A stretch of DNA of 64,000 bases from Patescibacteria group bacterium. GTDB taxonomy: Bacteria; Patescibacteriota; UBA1384; CAJBMM01. The translations under genes and the position numbers were made by a program. Of this stretch, positions 20,617 through 30,240 are shown one piece after another. Numbering within the stretch: position 1 is the first letter of the stretch; every line of letters begins with the position of its first letter. The DNA is taken from assembly GCA_041660565.1 (NCBI GenBank), contig JBAZWC010000002.1, positions 149,520 through 213,519 of the forward strand. The letters run 5' to 3'. The notes under the pieces are model-generated. The model saw only the letters and a program-made list of their open reading frames with translations. It did no database searches and was not told where the DNA came from.

Positions 20617-20647
20617 CTATGTTACTCTAAATACGGAGGGGTTTATT

Positions 20648-22252
20648 GTGCCCAACAACGTCGGTGACAAAATTTTACAGTTAGACCGAGATCAAGAAGA
20701 GGTTCAGGCTAAAATTAAAGCCGAGGCTCTTAAAATGCCGTACATTAATTTGTCCGGACGGCACATTGACGAAAATATTCTAAAACTAATTCCCAAAGAA
20801 CAGATTGAGGGTTTGCAGTGCGTACCGATCGCACTAGCCGGTCACCTTTTAACTGTCGGCGTAGTTGATCCACAAAGCCAGGGTGTGGTAGATGGGTTGA
20901 AAACTCTGCAAGAAATGACCGGCTATCAAATTAAAACCGCACTCGTATCTGCCACCAGTTTTGCTTACGGCAAAAAGTCATACGATCTTCTAGTTAAAAC
21001 CAACGAGGGTGAACGCCCGGTTGTGCTTGATAGTAAAAATCAAGACGAGCTTTTGCAACTATCTGCGCAGCTTAAAAGTGGCAAAGTTGACCGAGAAGTA
21101 ACGGTGTCGGATTTATTTCTGGCGATTATGGCCGAAGCGGTGCAGCAAAAATCATCGGATATTCACTTTGAACCAGATTCAGAAAGCTTAAAAATCCGCT
21201 TCCGCATTGACGGTGTTTTACATTTGGTAATGGAGCGCCCAACCGGCGATTATCACGGTCTGGAATCTCGCATCAAATATCTGGCAAAGATGCCCTTATC
21301 TGCCACCTCAAAGCCGCAGGACGGCCGTTTTACCATCCAAGTGTCAGACGCGGCACTAGATCTCCGCGTAGCCAGTCTGCCCACCGTATACGGCGAGATG
21401 ATGGTAATTAGAATTCTAAATCAAAGCCAAGTAATGCTGCCACTTAGCCAACTGGGCTTAAGGCCAGACCTGGAGCAGATGGCCAGAAGCGCGTTTACCA
21501 AACCGCACGGACTAATTCTAGTTACCGGCCCTACCGGATCTGGTAAAACCACTACCCTGTATGCCATCTTGCAAGAGTTAAACACGCCCGAGCGCAAAAT
21601 TATTACTATTGAAGATCCGGTGGAATATAAAATTGCCGGGCTAGAACAAAGTCAGGTAGATGCCGAGCGTGGCTATGATTTTGTCGATGCTTTGCGCGGC
21701 GCACTGCGCCAAGACCCAGACATTATTATGATCGGTGAAATTCGCGATAAAGAAACCGCCAACATTGGCATCCGTGCCGCTTTAACCGGACACATCGTGT
21801 TAGCTACGTTGCACAGTAACACCGCTCCGGCATCGTACAGTCGATTACTAGAAATGGAAATTGAACCATTTTTGTTTTCCGGCAGCATCAATCTAATTAT
21901 TGCTCAACGATTAGTGCGACTGCTTTGCCCAAACTGCAAAAAGGGGCGCGAAGTCACCAGTCAGGAAGCAAAAACCTTTCAAAAAGAGATTGGCCGCATT
22001 CCCAGCCAAATTTTTGACGCGGTTGGTTGTAGTCAGTGCCGCAATATCGGCTACTCCGGCCGCACCGCAATTTTAGAGGCATTCACACCTAGCCGAGCCA
22101 TCGAGCAAATGGCCATCTTACAGGCATCGGTAGCCGACTTTGAGCAACAGGCGCACAAAGACGGCATGATCACCATGACTCAAGATGGATTATTGAAAGT
22201 AGAACAAGGCATCACCACGATATCAGAGATCTATCGGGTAACGGCTGAATAA
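20648..22252 (+). CDS. pilB: GspE/PilB family pilus assembly ATPase
   Basis: SDIHFEP, RFRIDG, PQDGRF, Walker A GPTGSGKTTT, LRQDPD, GEIRD, TGH, CxxC..CxxC. Confidence 0.92.
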   Translation: MPNNVGDKILQLDRDQEEVQAKIKAEALKMPYINLSGRHIDENILKLIPKEQIEGLQCVPIALAGHLLTVGVVDPQSQGVVDGLKTLQEMTGYQIKTALVSATSFAYGKKSYDLLVKTNEGERPVVLDSKNQDELLQLSAQLKSGKVDREVTVSDLFLAIMAEAVQQKSSDIHFEPDSESLKIRFRIDGVLHLVMERPTGDYHGLESRIKYLAKMPLSATSKPQDGRFTIQVSDAALDLRVASLPTVYGEMMVIRILNQSQVMLPLSQLGLRPDLEQMARSAFTKPHGLILVTGPTGSGKTTTLYAILQELNTPERKIITIEDPVEYKIAGLEQSQVDAERGYDFVDALRGALRQDPDIIMIGEIRDKETANIGIRAALTGHIVLATLHSNTAPASYSRLLEMEIEPFLFSGSINLIIAQRLVRLLCPNCKKGREVTSQEAKTFQKEIGRIPSQIFDAVGCSQCRNIGYSGRTAILEAFTPSRAIEQMAILQASVADFEQQAHKDGMITMTQDGLLKVEQGITTISEIYRVTAE

Positions 22253-22349
22253 AATTCTAAATTCGAAATCCGAAGCACGAAACAAACATCAAGCACAAAA
22301 CCTCAAATTCAAAATTTTTCGAATTTCGAGTTTCGAATTTCGTGCTTAA
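22251..22349. repeat. Heptamer (AATTCGA-like) inverted tandem repeat between convergent genes
   Basis: aattctaaattcgaaatccgaagcacgaa...ttcgaatttcgagtttcgaatttcgtgctt; same family at 42143-42259 and 60921-60990. Confidence 0.7.
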
Positions 22350-22356
22350 AAGTTAT

Positions 22357-22671
22357 TTACATGAACATTCTGGCGACGGTCTTTTCGATCACGAACGCTA
22401 ACACAATCACAATAATACCAATAACCGCGTTGACAATACCTTGTCGAGCTTTTCCGGCTTTGGCTTCGTCTCCACCGGCAGTAATGTATTGAATACCGGC
22501 AATTAACAGGTAAATAACGGCTAATGCACCGGCGATGAATAGAATATCACCGATAATAATGTCAACCAAAGCGCTGAACGTGTAGTTTCCGGTTAGAGGT
22601 TGTAATGGCGAGAAGTTAGCTGAATACCCTAGGTTCTGTGCATGTGCGGTGGCGATGTGGAATAGTGACAT
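22357..22671 (-). CDS. VirB2/TrbC-like T4SS pilin
   Basis: AHA signal; TM-GIQYITAGGDEAKAGKARQGIVNAVIG-TM. Confidence 0.85.
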   Translation of the reverse strand: MSLFHIATAHAQNLGYSANFSPLQPLTGNYTFSALVDIIIGDILFIAGALAVIYLLIAGIQYITAGGDEAKAGKARQGIVNAVIGIIVIVLAFVIEKTVARMFM

Positions 22672-22694
22672 ATTGTCCCCTTTGTTAATTATTA

Positions 22695-23105
22695 TTAAAG
22701 AGATATTTGATCAGATACTGGAGTTGGTGAGGATGTCGAGGTTGAATCACCTTTGAAAATTCGGGTTGCGGCGGCCTGAATGGCTACTGCCAACAGAATG
22801 ATAACAATTCCAATGATAGCATTCAAGATGGTGTTACGTGCCTTAGTCGCCTTCGACTCGTCGCCGGCCGAGGCAATGTAGCTAATACCTCCCCAAAGCA
22901 GGAAAATAATCGCCACCACGCCACCCACATAAAAAAGAATATTTAACACGGTGTCTATAATGTTGCCAATGCTCCAACCGCTATCTAAAACCGGCACCAA
23001 CTTGGTGTAATATTTAAGGCCACTGCCTAATTCTTTATTAACGTTGGCGTTAATGTCGGTAGCTGCGTGTACAGCAGCGATATGAAACAAATTCGAAAAA
23101 ATCAT
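22695..23105 (-). CDS. VirB2/TrbC-like T4SS pilin
   Basis: VHA signal; GGISYIASAGDESKATKARNTILNAIIG. Confidence 0.85.
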   Translation of the reverse strand: MIFSNLFHIAAVHAATDINANVNKELGSGLKYYTKLVPVLDSGWSIGNIIDTVLNILFYVGGVVAIIFLLWGGISYIASAGDESKATKARNTILNAIIGIVIILLAVAIQAAATRIFKGDSTSTSSPTPVSDQISL

Positions 23106-23164
23106 AATAACCTCTCTGATAATAGCTTAGATTAAAAAGCAAATGGTTGTCAAATGGTGTGGCG

Positions 23165-23461
23165 TTATGAAAGAATTCGGCCGATTACTTCTATCATCGT
23201 AAACGACAATATCACAATCATCATTCCAATTAACCCGTTAATGGCTGCTTGGCGGCCCTTTTTGGCTTTAGCTTCATCACCCGCCGAAGAAATATACAAG
23301 ATTCCACCCCAAACAATCGCCACCACCGTTACCACGCCGGCGAGTGTTAATAAAATGTTAATCCCGATAATTGCAAAAGACACCAAATAGCTGCTCGAAC
23401 CATCACCCGGATTCGGTGAGTTAATGGGGGTAAATAATTTGGCTAAAGCGGCTAAATCCAT
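23165..23461 (-). CDS. VirB2/TrbC-like T4SS pilin
   Basis: GGILYISSAGDEAKAKKGRQAAINGLIG. Confidence 0.85.
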   Translation of the reverse strand: MDLAALAKLFTPINSPNPGDGSSSYLVSFAIIGINILLTLAGVVTVVAIVWGGILYISSAGDEAKAKKGRQAAINGLIGMMIVILSFTMIEVIGRILS

Positions 23462-23818
23462 TTAATTTCCTAGCGGCGAAACCACGTTCACCGGAATTGG
23501 GTTGATGTTTGATGCGGGCATAATGAATCGCAACACTTCATAGATTATCACATTGGCTAGAATGATAATAATCATCCCGATAAAAATATACAAAATACGC
23601 TTCTTTGCCGTTTCGGCCTTGGCTTCGTTGCCATACGCCGTAAAGTAGGTGATAGACGCCATAATCAATCCGACAAAAGCGGAAACGGCGCCAATCCAAA
23701 TTAGTAGGGTACGAGCATAATCTAAAATGTTTTGTACATCGGACAACGTTAAGCTGGTCGGATCTTTCCCGCCCGTGACAATCTCGATAATAGTTTTTCC
23801 GGTGTTCATTCCTGCCAT
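23462..23818 (-). CDS. VirB2/TrbC-like T4SS pilin
   Basis: ASITYFTAYGNEAKAETAKKRILYIFIG. Confidence 0.8.
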   Translation of the reverse strand: MAGMNTGKTIIEIVTGGKDPTSLTLSDVQNILDYARTLLIWIGAVSAFVGLIMASITYFTAYGNEAKAETAKKRILYIFIGMIIIILANVIIYEVLRFIMPASNINPIPVNVVSPLGN

Positions 23819-23849
23819 GTTTCTATCCTAGCATCCTTATTCTAATCAC

Positions 23850-24992
23850 CTATTGAATATAATTTACTAGCCGACTGACTATCGTGATAACGGTTATCGA
23901 AGAAATCATTATCGCCACCCCAATTGACGCCCAAACCAAATTTTTCTTCGCTTTTTCCGCTTTTGCCGCATCTCCAAACGATAATCCGTACTGTATGCCA
24001 CTAACAATGAACGCAATTCCGGCTAGTAAGCTGGCAATAATAATAAACAGGTCAATCACCGTTTTGGCTAGCCAAACAATGATTTCAGAACCGGTTTTGC
24101 CTTTCAGTGTGGATAAATCTGGCACGGAAAATGAAATGGGCGAAAGAGATCCGGAGCCACCTGAGCCTCCAGAATCTGGCGGAGTGACACCATCTTTGCT
24201 GGTGGTTGTCACGGTGTTATCGTTGTTTTTATACGCGATGAAATCTGCCCCCGTCACCAACGATCCGGTTGATCCGGATTGAAAACGGGCGTTTAGGGTG
24301 TGAGCGCCTGCGGCACTGCCCGATGCGTCCCAAGTAAACGTCATCGCTCCACCCGATAGTTTATAATCAGCGGTTTTGTCCACGCCATCAACTAACAAAT
24401 GGAACTGGTTGCCAGAAGTGTAAGCAGTCAAGTTTGATGCCGAAACCGACACTGTCACACTCGCCTGACCCCCGCTAATCCCCGATATTGCCAGATCACT
24501 GGCGTTAGGCACAATCTCGCTACTTGACGCGGCACAACCACCTTTGTAGCTGGCGATCACAAACGAGGTGGTAGCAAGGTCGTTCGTCACACTCGGCAAG
24601 CTGGCCAAACCGGTGCCTCGTAATATTATGGTGATATTTCCGTTAGTAAAGTCTTGATTACCGGCGCACAAATCCCAAGTATACGGAGAGTTAAAAACCT
24701 TGGTTTTGTCGCCACCATGTTTTTTGAATTCAGAACCACCGTTCATAATATACAGATCGTATATATTGTATAAACGTTCCGTTGGGCCTGATACCGAAAT
24801 GGTAATTTGCGGATGACTGCCGCTTTCAAAAGTGTACGACGAAGTACCCAAGGTACTACCGGGGGTTGGTGATAAAGTGATGCTGTAATCAGCCGCGTGA
24901 ACCGGCTTGGCTAGAAAAATGAACGCGAAAAGAAATAAGAAGCTTAAGTTTCTTAAGATACTTAACGTCTTGGAAATTTGTTTATATTTCAT
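23850..24992 (-). CDS. Large pilin: signal peptide + Ig-like beta domains + C-terminal VirB2-like core
   Basis: PVHA signal; LLVDGV..FTWD..GAHTL Ig-like motif; SGIQYGLSFGDAAKAEKAKKNLVWASIG. Confidence 0.75.
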   Translation of the reverse strand: MKYKQISKTLSILRNLSFLFLFAFIFLAKPVHAADYSITLSPTPGSTLGTSSYTFESGSHPQITISVSGPTERLYNIYDLYIMNGGSEFKKHGGDKTKVFNSPYTWDLCAGNQDFTNGNITIILRGTGLASLPSVTNDLATTSFVIASYKGGCAASSSEIVPNASDLAISGISGGQASVTVSVSASNLTAYTSGNQFHLLVDGVDKTADYKLSGGAMTFTWDASGSAAGAHTLNARFQSGSTGSLVTGADFIAYKNNDNTVTTTSKDGVTPPDSGGSGGSGSLSPISFSVPDLSTLKGKTGSEIIVWLAKTVIDLFIIIASLLAGIAFIVSGIQYGLSFGDAAKAEKAKKNLVWASIGVAIMISSITVITIVSRLVNYIQ

Positions 24993-25018
24993 AATTATTT
25001 AAAATTGTGATTTGTTTT

Positions 25019-26392
25019 TCACTTCTGCAACAAATCAGTAACAGTATTGGCGGCGGCATCGATGGATTGCTGCAACGGTTGCCCCTTTAGCACGTTGTTA
25101 ATCATATCGTTAAAGGCCGCAGTTACTTTTTCTGGTGATTTACCTTGTTCCCAAGTAGTAGATGTAGTTACCTGATCGATAAACGGATCTGAAGTTTTGG
25201 GGTTTCGCGGATCTGGCAATAACGCCGAGGTACGCTTGGTGGCATTCAAATAGCTATTGGCGTGTGTGGCAGCATAAGCCAGAAAGTCCCAAGCAGTTGA
25301 TTGATTTCGACTGTTGTTTGTTACGGTCTCGGTCCAATAATTGGCGTAATTAACCGTGGTTGCGCCTTTAACTTGAGGCATATACGTAACTTGATATTGC
25401 AACGTAGGTGCTTGTTGCTTTAAGGTTTGAGCGATGTATTGGTAGCCAATCATCATTGCCAGCTGGCCGTTCTCGAATGCTTGCAGAGCATTAGGCTGGC
25501 TATTGTTCCATGTGTAGTTACTTTTTGCAGGGTTAGAAAAACTGGTATAGAAATCAAGAGCGTTAGTGCCATTATAAATTGGTTTACCGGATGCATCGTT
25601 GACCAGAGTATTAAACCGCGCCGATTTTGTTGGAGTATCAACCATGGTAGTGCCGTTTTGCATCATCAACAGAGACAAAATGTCAGCCGAGAACGACGTA
25701 TTATTAGCGGTGCCAAGCGCAATGCCACCTTGGGTGATGTTGCCACTTGCATCCTTTTTAGTCAAATATGGCAGTTCAGCCAACAGCTCATCCCATGTAC
25801 CCGGGAAATTGCGGAAAAGCGAGTCATCAAAGCTTTGATTATTCGAGTTTGCTTTGCGATAGGCGCTGCGGCCGTTATCCCATAGTTGCTGGTTAACGTA
25901 TAACGCTAAGTTATCTACGTACATTGGCAATCCATAAATCTTACCATCGATAAGATTATCGTTGGACACGATTTTAGCGAACGTTTGACTGTAATAATCT
26001 TGATTGTTACGCGTCTCTTTCTTGGTCTTAAAGAAGTCGTCCGGCATCGTAACCAGCTTATCCAAATCTCGCGGGATCCAGGTGTTGTTAATACTCCAAA
26101 TATCCGGCCCGGTACCGGCCGCCAAAGCATTTATTGTGGCATCTTCGTAATCTGCCAAATCTTTTTTAACATATTTGATAGTAACGTTGGGGTGAGCTTC
26201 TTGATAGTTCTGGATAATCTGAGAATACGTGTAATCTTCATCAAAAGTGCGCCACACGGTTAGCGTAATGTTACCGTTGGTTGTGGGGGTGGTGGTTTTT
26301 GTTTTGCCGCTAGACAACGCAAAAATCACAATAATTACCACAATAATTAGAGCAAATATCGCAATTGCCGCCGCAATCAGTTTGTTGTTCAT
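25019..26392 (-). CDS. Membrane-anchored extracellular solute-binding protein (sugar SBP family)
   Basis: ITLTVW, GTGPDIW, IYGLP..D.LALYVN, FENGQLAMMIG, AWDFL; start set at MNNK behind GGGGTGG. Confidence 0.85.
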   Translation of the reverse strand: MNNKLIAAAIAIFALIIVVIIVIFALSSGKTKTTTPTTNGNITLTVWRTFDEDYTYSQIIQNYQEAHPNVTIKYVKKDLADYEDATINALAAGTGPDIWSINNTWIPRDLDKLVTMPDDFFKTKKETRNNQDYYSQTFAKIVSNDNLIDGKIYGLPMYVDNLALYVNQQLWDNGRSAYRKANSNNQSFDDSLFRNFPGTWDELLAELPYLTKKDASGNITQGGIALGTANNTSFSADILSLLMMQNGTTMVDTPTKSARFNTLVNDASGKPIYNGTNALDFYTSFSNPAKSNYTWNNSQPNALQAFENGQLAMMIGYQYIAQTLKQQAPTLQYQVTYMPQVKGATTVNYANYWTETVTNNSRNQSTAWDFLAYAATHANSYLNATKRTSALLPDPRNPKTSDPFIDQVTTSTTWEQGKSPEKVTAAFNDMINNVLKGQPLQQSIDAAANTVTDLLQK

Positions 26393-26484
26393 CCCACCCC
26401 TTACTCGACTTTGTCGAAAAAATTCTAACCAAACTTCCAATTATCTCAATCCAGCCAATCAGTCCAATCTAGACCGATCGACAT

Positions 26485-27354
26485 TCACAGCTTCCCCAGA
26501 TACTTTCGTAAATCTTCCCCAATATCAGGGCGCTGCAATGCAAATTCTATGTTGGCTTTAATATATTCCAATTTGTTACCACAATCGTAATGACGCCCAT
26601 TTTGGACATCATACGCCAACACACTACCATTCTGCGCTAATTGGTTAATGGCGTCAACTAACCAAATCTCGCCATTTTTACCCGGGGTGATTGATTCTAA
26701 AGCGTCAAAAACCTCAGGATTAAAAACATAACCTCCGACACTAACAGCGTAAGGTGGGATTGCAGACGATCCGGGTTTTTCGATTACCGATTTAAGCTTA
26801 ATCAGTCGATCATCTACTTTTTCCCCAACTGCGATTGCGTACAAATCAGTCACCTTTGGATCTGTGCTTTGGTAAGTCATAATGATATTGGTTTGGTGCT
26901 GATTGTAAGCATCGATTAACTGCTTAATTCTGGGAGGATTTGCCTGAAACAGTTCATCACCCCAAACTACTACAAACGGAGAATCGCCAATAACCGATTT
27001 AGCTTGCAAGACAGCGTGGCCGTTACCTAATTGTTCGCGTTGGCGAATATAAACAAACCGCGCCATATCTGAAATGGCCCGGATTTCTTCGTACTGCTCA
27101 GTTTTTCCCGATCGTTTTAACAACTCTTCTAACTCAAAGTTATAATCAAAATGATCCTCAATCGGGCGCTTGGTACTACCGGTAATCAACACCACTTCTT
27201 CGATGCCCGAAGCAACGGCTTCTTCTACGATGTATTGAATAACCGGTTTATCCACAATCGGCAGCATCTCTTTTGGACTGGCTTTGGTCACCGGCAAGAA
27301 ACGAGTACCGAATCCGGCGGCCGGAATGACAATTTTAGTTACTTTTTTAGCCAT
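26485..27354 (-). CDS. galU: UTP--glucose-1-phosphate uridylyltransferase
   Basis: IPAAGFGTRFLPVTKASPKEMLPIVDKP, IEDHFD, GEIWLVDAI, YDCGNK. Confidence 0.95.
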   Translation of the reverse strand: MAKKVTKIVIPAAGFGTRFLPVTKASPKEMLPIVDKPVIQYIVEEAVASGIEEVVLITGSTKRPIEDHFDYNFELEELLKRSGKTEQYEEIRAISDMARFVYIRQREQLGNGHAVLQAKSVIGDSPFVVVWGDELFQANPPRIKQLIDAYNQHQTNIIMTYQSTDPKVTDLYAIAVGEKVDDRLIKLKSVIEKPGSSAIPPYAVSVGGYVFNPEVFDALESITPGKNGEIWLVDAINQLAQNGSVLAYDVQNGRHYDCGNKLEYIKANIEFALQRPDIGEDLRKYLGKL

Positions 27355-27726
27355 TTATCCCGCCTGCACCGTTACAACTTTAGTACGGGAACGCGCGTCT
27401 TTTGGTACAGTAATGGTTAAAATGCCTTCTTTGAGAAGCGCGTTAGCTTTGTCGGCAATCACCAGCGCCGGCAAGGTATATGTGCGTGAAAATGGCCCCC
27501 AGTAGCACTCTTGAACTAAATAATCGCCTGCATCAGCTTGGTTTTGATTATGTCTCTCACCTTTAATGATAATGGTTTCGTCGGTGATAGAGATGTCCAA
27601 ATCTTCGGGACGAACTCCGGCAATCGGGGCTTTTAATACGATGTTCTCGACAGACTGATAAACATCAATGGCCAGTTGGCCGTCTTCGGTGTTTTCTGGG
27701 CTATTTGCTTCCATAAAAACCTCCAC
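27355..27726 (-). CDS. Hsp20/alpha-crystallin small heat-shock protein
   Basis: LAIDVYQ, APIAGV, ECYWGPFSR, EGILTITVPK. Confidence 0.92.
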   Translation of the reverse strand: MEVFMEANSPENTEDGQLAIDVYQSVENIVLKAPIAGVRPEDLDISITDETIIIKGERHNQNQADAGDYLVQECYWGPFSRTYTLPALVIADKANALLKEGILTITVPKDARSRTKVVTVQAG

Positions 27727-27767
27727 TTCTTACAAATATTATACCTTAAATACAAATATTTTTCACA

Positions 27768-27795
27768 TGTCATTCCCGCGAAGGCGGGAATCCAG
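27768..27795 (+). repeat. TGTCATT-tagged palindrome (dRS3/RPE-like)
   Basis: TGTCATTCCCGCGAAGGCGGGAATCCAG (ATTCCC-N8-GGGAAT). Confidence 0.8.
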
Positions 27796-27846
27796 TCTAT
27801 AAATAAAATATTCAATCATTTCAAATTTTAAATTTTAAATTGTTTT

Positions 27847-28548
27847 TTATACTCTCGCCACTGTAACACCAACCACTTTTTTTGCTCCGGCGTGCTTTAA
27901 CGCCGCCGCGCAAGCGGATAAAGTTGACCCGGTGGTGGCAATATCGTCGATCAAGAAAACGGTCTGATTTTGCATCTCTAAGCACTCAAAAACACCTTCG
28001 AGATTGTGTAAACGGCCGCGTCGTTGCAGTTTCATTTGGGGGATGGTGTAAACGGTGCGAAACAATCGATTAGATAAAATGGGCAAACCAAACTGATCCG
28101 CAAAAATGCGGGCAATTAAATCACTTTGATTAAAACCACGCCACCACAATCTCTGGCGATAAAGTGGGACTGGCACGATTATACTGTCGGGTTTGATCAA
28201 AGAGTTAAGATCTTTGATAACGGTTTGATTTTGGTTGATGATTTGCTTAAAACTATTTAGTGCATCGACGCGGCCTTCGTATTTGTACTGATGCATTGCT
28301 TCTTTAATTGGCCCTTCGTAATAGGCAAAAGCGAGTAAGTTATCGAGCTCTGAATGCTCGCGACATTTGGGGCAAGTGCGGCCAAGCGAAGATAATTTTT
28401 CACACCTCACGCAGCGCTGTTTAAGCATCAGCGTTATTTGATCAAAACATTTGGGGCAAATAGTCTGGTCTGCCTCACCACACCCTACACACAGCCGCGG
28501 AAACACCGTGTCAACTATGGGCGTGATGATTTTCTCTGCGATTCTCAT
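27847..28548 (-). CDS. comF: ComF family competence protein
   Basis: Double Zn-ribbon CxxC motifs, VPVPL, RGFNQ, LIDDIATTGST. Confidence 0.92.
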   Translation of the reverse strand: MRIAEKIITPIVDTVFPRLCVGCGEADQTICPKCFDQITLMLKQRCVRCEKLSSLGRTCPKCREHSELDNLLAFAYYEGPIKEAMHQYKYEGRVDALNSFKQIINQNQTVIKDLNSLIKPDSIIVPVPLYRQRLWWRGFNQSDLIARIFADQFGLPILSNRLFRTVYTIPQMKLQRRGRLHNLEGVFECLEMQNQTVFLIDDIATTGSTLSACAAALKHAGAKKVVGVTVARV

Positions 28549-28580
28549 AGCTCAATAATACGCTTCACTTTACGGCCAGT

Positions 28581-28640
28581 GTAGGGGCAATTCACGTTGA
28601 CCGGTAGGTCATCCGATGCGTTAGCTAGGACGGCGCCCGT
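28581..28640 (+). repeat. GTAG-type REP-like palindrome interrupted by a nested insert
   Basis: GTAGGGGCAATTCACG-[TGACC GGTA GGTCA hairpin...]-CGCCCGT. Confidence 0.4.
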
Positions 28641-28695
28641 CTAATTGAAAATATCCATCATTAGTCTAGAATAATTGGTGTCGGAGAGGAAAAAT

Positions 28696-29061
28696 ATGAA
28701 TAAATATCAATCACAAATCAAAGATTTTGCCGTCGAACGGGACTGGAGTCAATTCCACAACCCCAAAGACCTACTACTTGGAATCGTAGAAGAGATCGGA
28801 GAAATTAGAAACATTATCAAATGGGAACAAGATCCAGAGACCTTACGCAAAGTGCTAAATGATAACAAGGCGAAGCTAGAAGACGAAATTGGCGATATCT
28901 ATTGGTTTTTGGCTTTACTGGCAAACGGTACAGATATTGATATTGATCAGGCAATTGAGAATGTGATTGCGAACAATAAAAAAAGATTTCCGGTTAAGAA
29001 AGTAAAATCACGCCATACCAACCTGTACCTCGGTGGCTCCGACGGCCAATACGAAAAATAA
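28696..29061 (+). CDS. MazG-like all-alpha NTP pyrophosphatase (dCTPase-like)
   Basis: ERDWSQFHNPKDLL..EEIGE, EDEIGD; ATG after GGAGAGG. Confidence 0.85.
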   Translation: MNKYQSQIKDFAVERDWSQFHNPKDLLLGIVEEIGEIRNIIKWEQDPETLRKVLNDNKAKLEDEIGDIYWFLALLANGTDIDIDQAIENVIANNKKRFPVKKVKSRHTNLYLGGSDGQYEK

Positions 29062-29155
29062 CCGAAGCCATCGCAGTTTTTATTGTACATTAGCTCAAAA
29101 AATGTTATTGTAAGTGTGCTGTTAATTGTTAATTGTCAGCCGTTAATAGTTGTAT

Positions 29156-29248
29156 GGAGAGGTACCCAAGTGGCTGAAGGGGCGGGTTTGCTAAACCTGT
29201 AGTAGGCCGTAAGGCTTAGCGAGAGTTCGAATCTCTCCCTCTCCGCCA
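29156..29248 (+). tRNA. tRNA-Ser(GCT)
   Basis: GGAGAGG/CCTCTCC acceptor, anticodon loop TTGCTAA, long variable arm, GTTCGAATC, GCCA. Confidence 0.95.
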
Positions 29249-29350
29249 TCCTTCGCTAACGCTTCGGAATGGCAAGCCATTTTGGAGCGATTAGTGAAGG
29301 AAAAGGAGAATTGGTATTCCGTAGCATTTGCGTAGGATACCTCTCCGCCA
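29237..29350 (+). repeat. tRNA-Ser-linked 102-bp trailer unit (copy A of a 114-bp perfect inverted repeat)
   Basis: Identical to the reverse complement of 30662-30775; CCTCTCCGCCA recurs at a 102-bp period. Confidence 0.92.
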
Positions 29351-29391
29351 CGCTTAGCGTGGCATTTGGGACGCTCAGCGTCCCGCCATAT

Positions 29392-29467
29392 GTGCCTGTA
29401 GCTCAGTGGATAGAGCGTCAGATTGCGGATCTGAAGGTCGGAGGTTCAAGTCCTCCCAGGCATACCA
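29392..29467 (+). tRNA. tRNA-Arg(GCG)
   Basis: GTGCCTG/CAGGCAT acceptor, TCAGA-TTGCGGA-TCTGA anticodon arm, ACCA end, 76 nt. Confidence 0.92.
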
Positions 29468-29521
29468 AGCCAAAATTTCAAATTTTAAATTCTAAATTTT
29501 AAAACATTAAGGAAGCTCTTA

Positions 29522-29974
29522 ATGGATCAAGCGGAGTATCGTTCTAATCCTAACAATCTCTATCACATTTCTTGTGGCGGCGTGGTTTATCGTCAAAATA
29601 ATCAAAAAACTGAAATCGCTCTCCTCTACAAGAACAAGCGCACTGCATGGAATTTACCAAAAGGAACATTGCATCACAATGAAACTCTTGAACGCTGCTG
29701 CCTGCGCGAAATCAAAGAAGAAACTGGCTTCGAAACTATCGTTGAACAGTATCTTGGTGCGCTGACAGACCAGTGGTTCGATGAAACCCAAGGATACGAC
29801 ATCGATAAAACAGTGCATTATTTTCTGTGCAAATACGTTCCGTCTGGCAGCGAGATAATGGATGAAGAACACGACCGTGTTGAGTGGCTTGATGTCACGA
29901 AAGTTAGAGAACTCCTAACCGAGGGTCCAAAAAACGAGCATTTGATTATTGATCGAGCTGCTTTGCATTTTTGA
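29522..29974 (+). CDS. NUDIX hydrolase (Ap4A hydrolase-like)
   Basis: SCGGVV, WNLPKG...ETLE..CLREIKEETG. Confidence 0.9.
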   Translation: MDQAEYRSNPNNLYHISCGGVVYRQNNQKTEIALLYKNKRTAWNLPKGTLHHNETLERCCLREIKEETGFETIVEQYLGALTDQWFDETQGYDIDKTVHYFLCKYVPSGSEIMDEEHDRVEWLDVTKVRELLTEGPKNEHLIIDRAALHF

Positions 29975-29996
29975 TTGATTGTGCCAGAATATAAAT

Positions 29997-30224
29997 ATGG
30001 CAGATGATAACGACAAAAAACCAATTGAAAGCGATTTAGGGCAAGTTTTTGCATTCAAAAACGATATTCGCTGGTATGCCAGTGCGTTTGGCATTGCTGT
30101 AATTTTGATCGCTATTGCCTTTGTAGCGAAAGATTATCTGTTAATTTCACCCTGGATAACCGTTGCCGCCATTACTGTTTGTCTGATAGCTTTAATAGCA
30201 CACGGCCTGCAGCAGAAAAAATAA
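29997..30224 (+). CDS. Small 2-TM hypothetical protein
   Basis: ORF with two hydrophobic helices. Confidence 0.55.
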   Translation: MADDNDKKPIESDLGQVFAFKNDIRWYASAFGIAVILIAIAFVAKDYLLISPWITVAAITVCLIALIAHGLQQKK

Positions 30225-30240
30225 TTATTTAGTATTTTCA

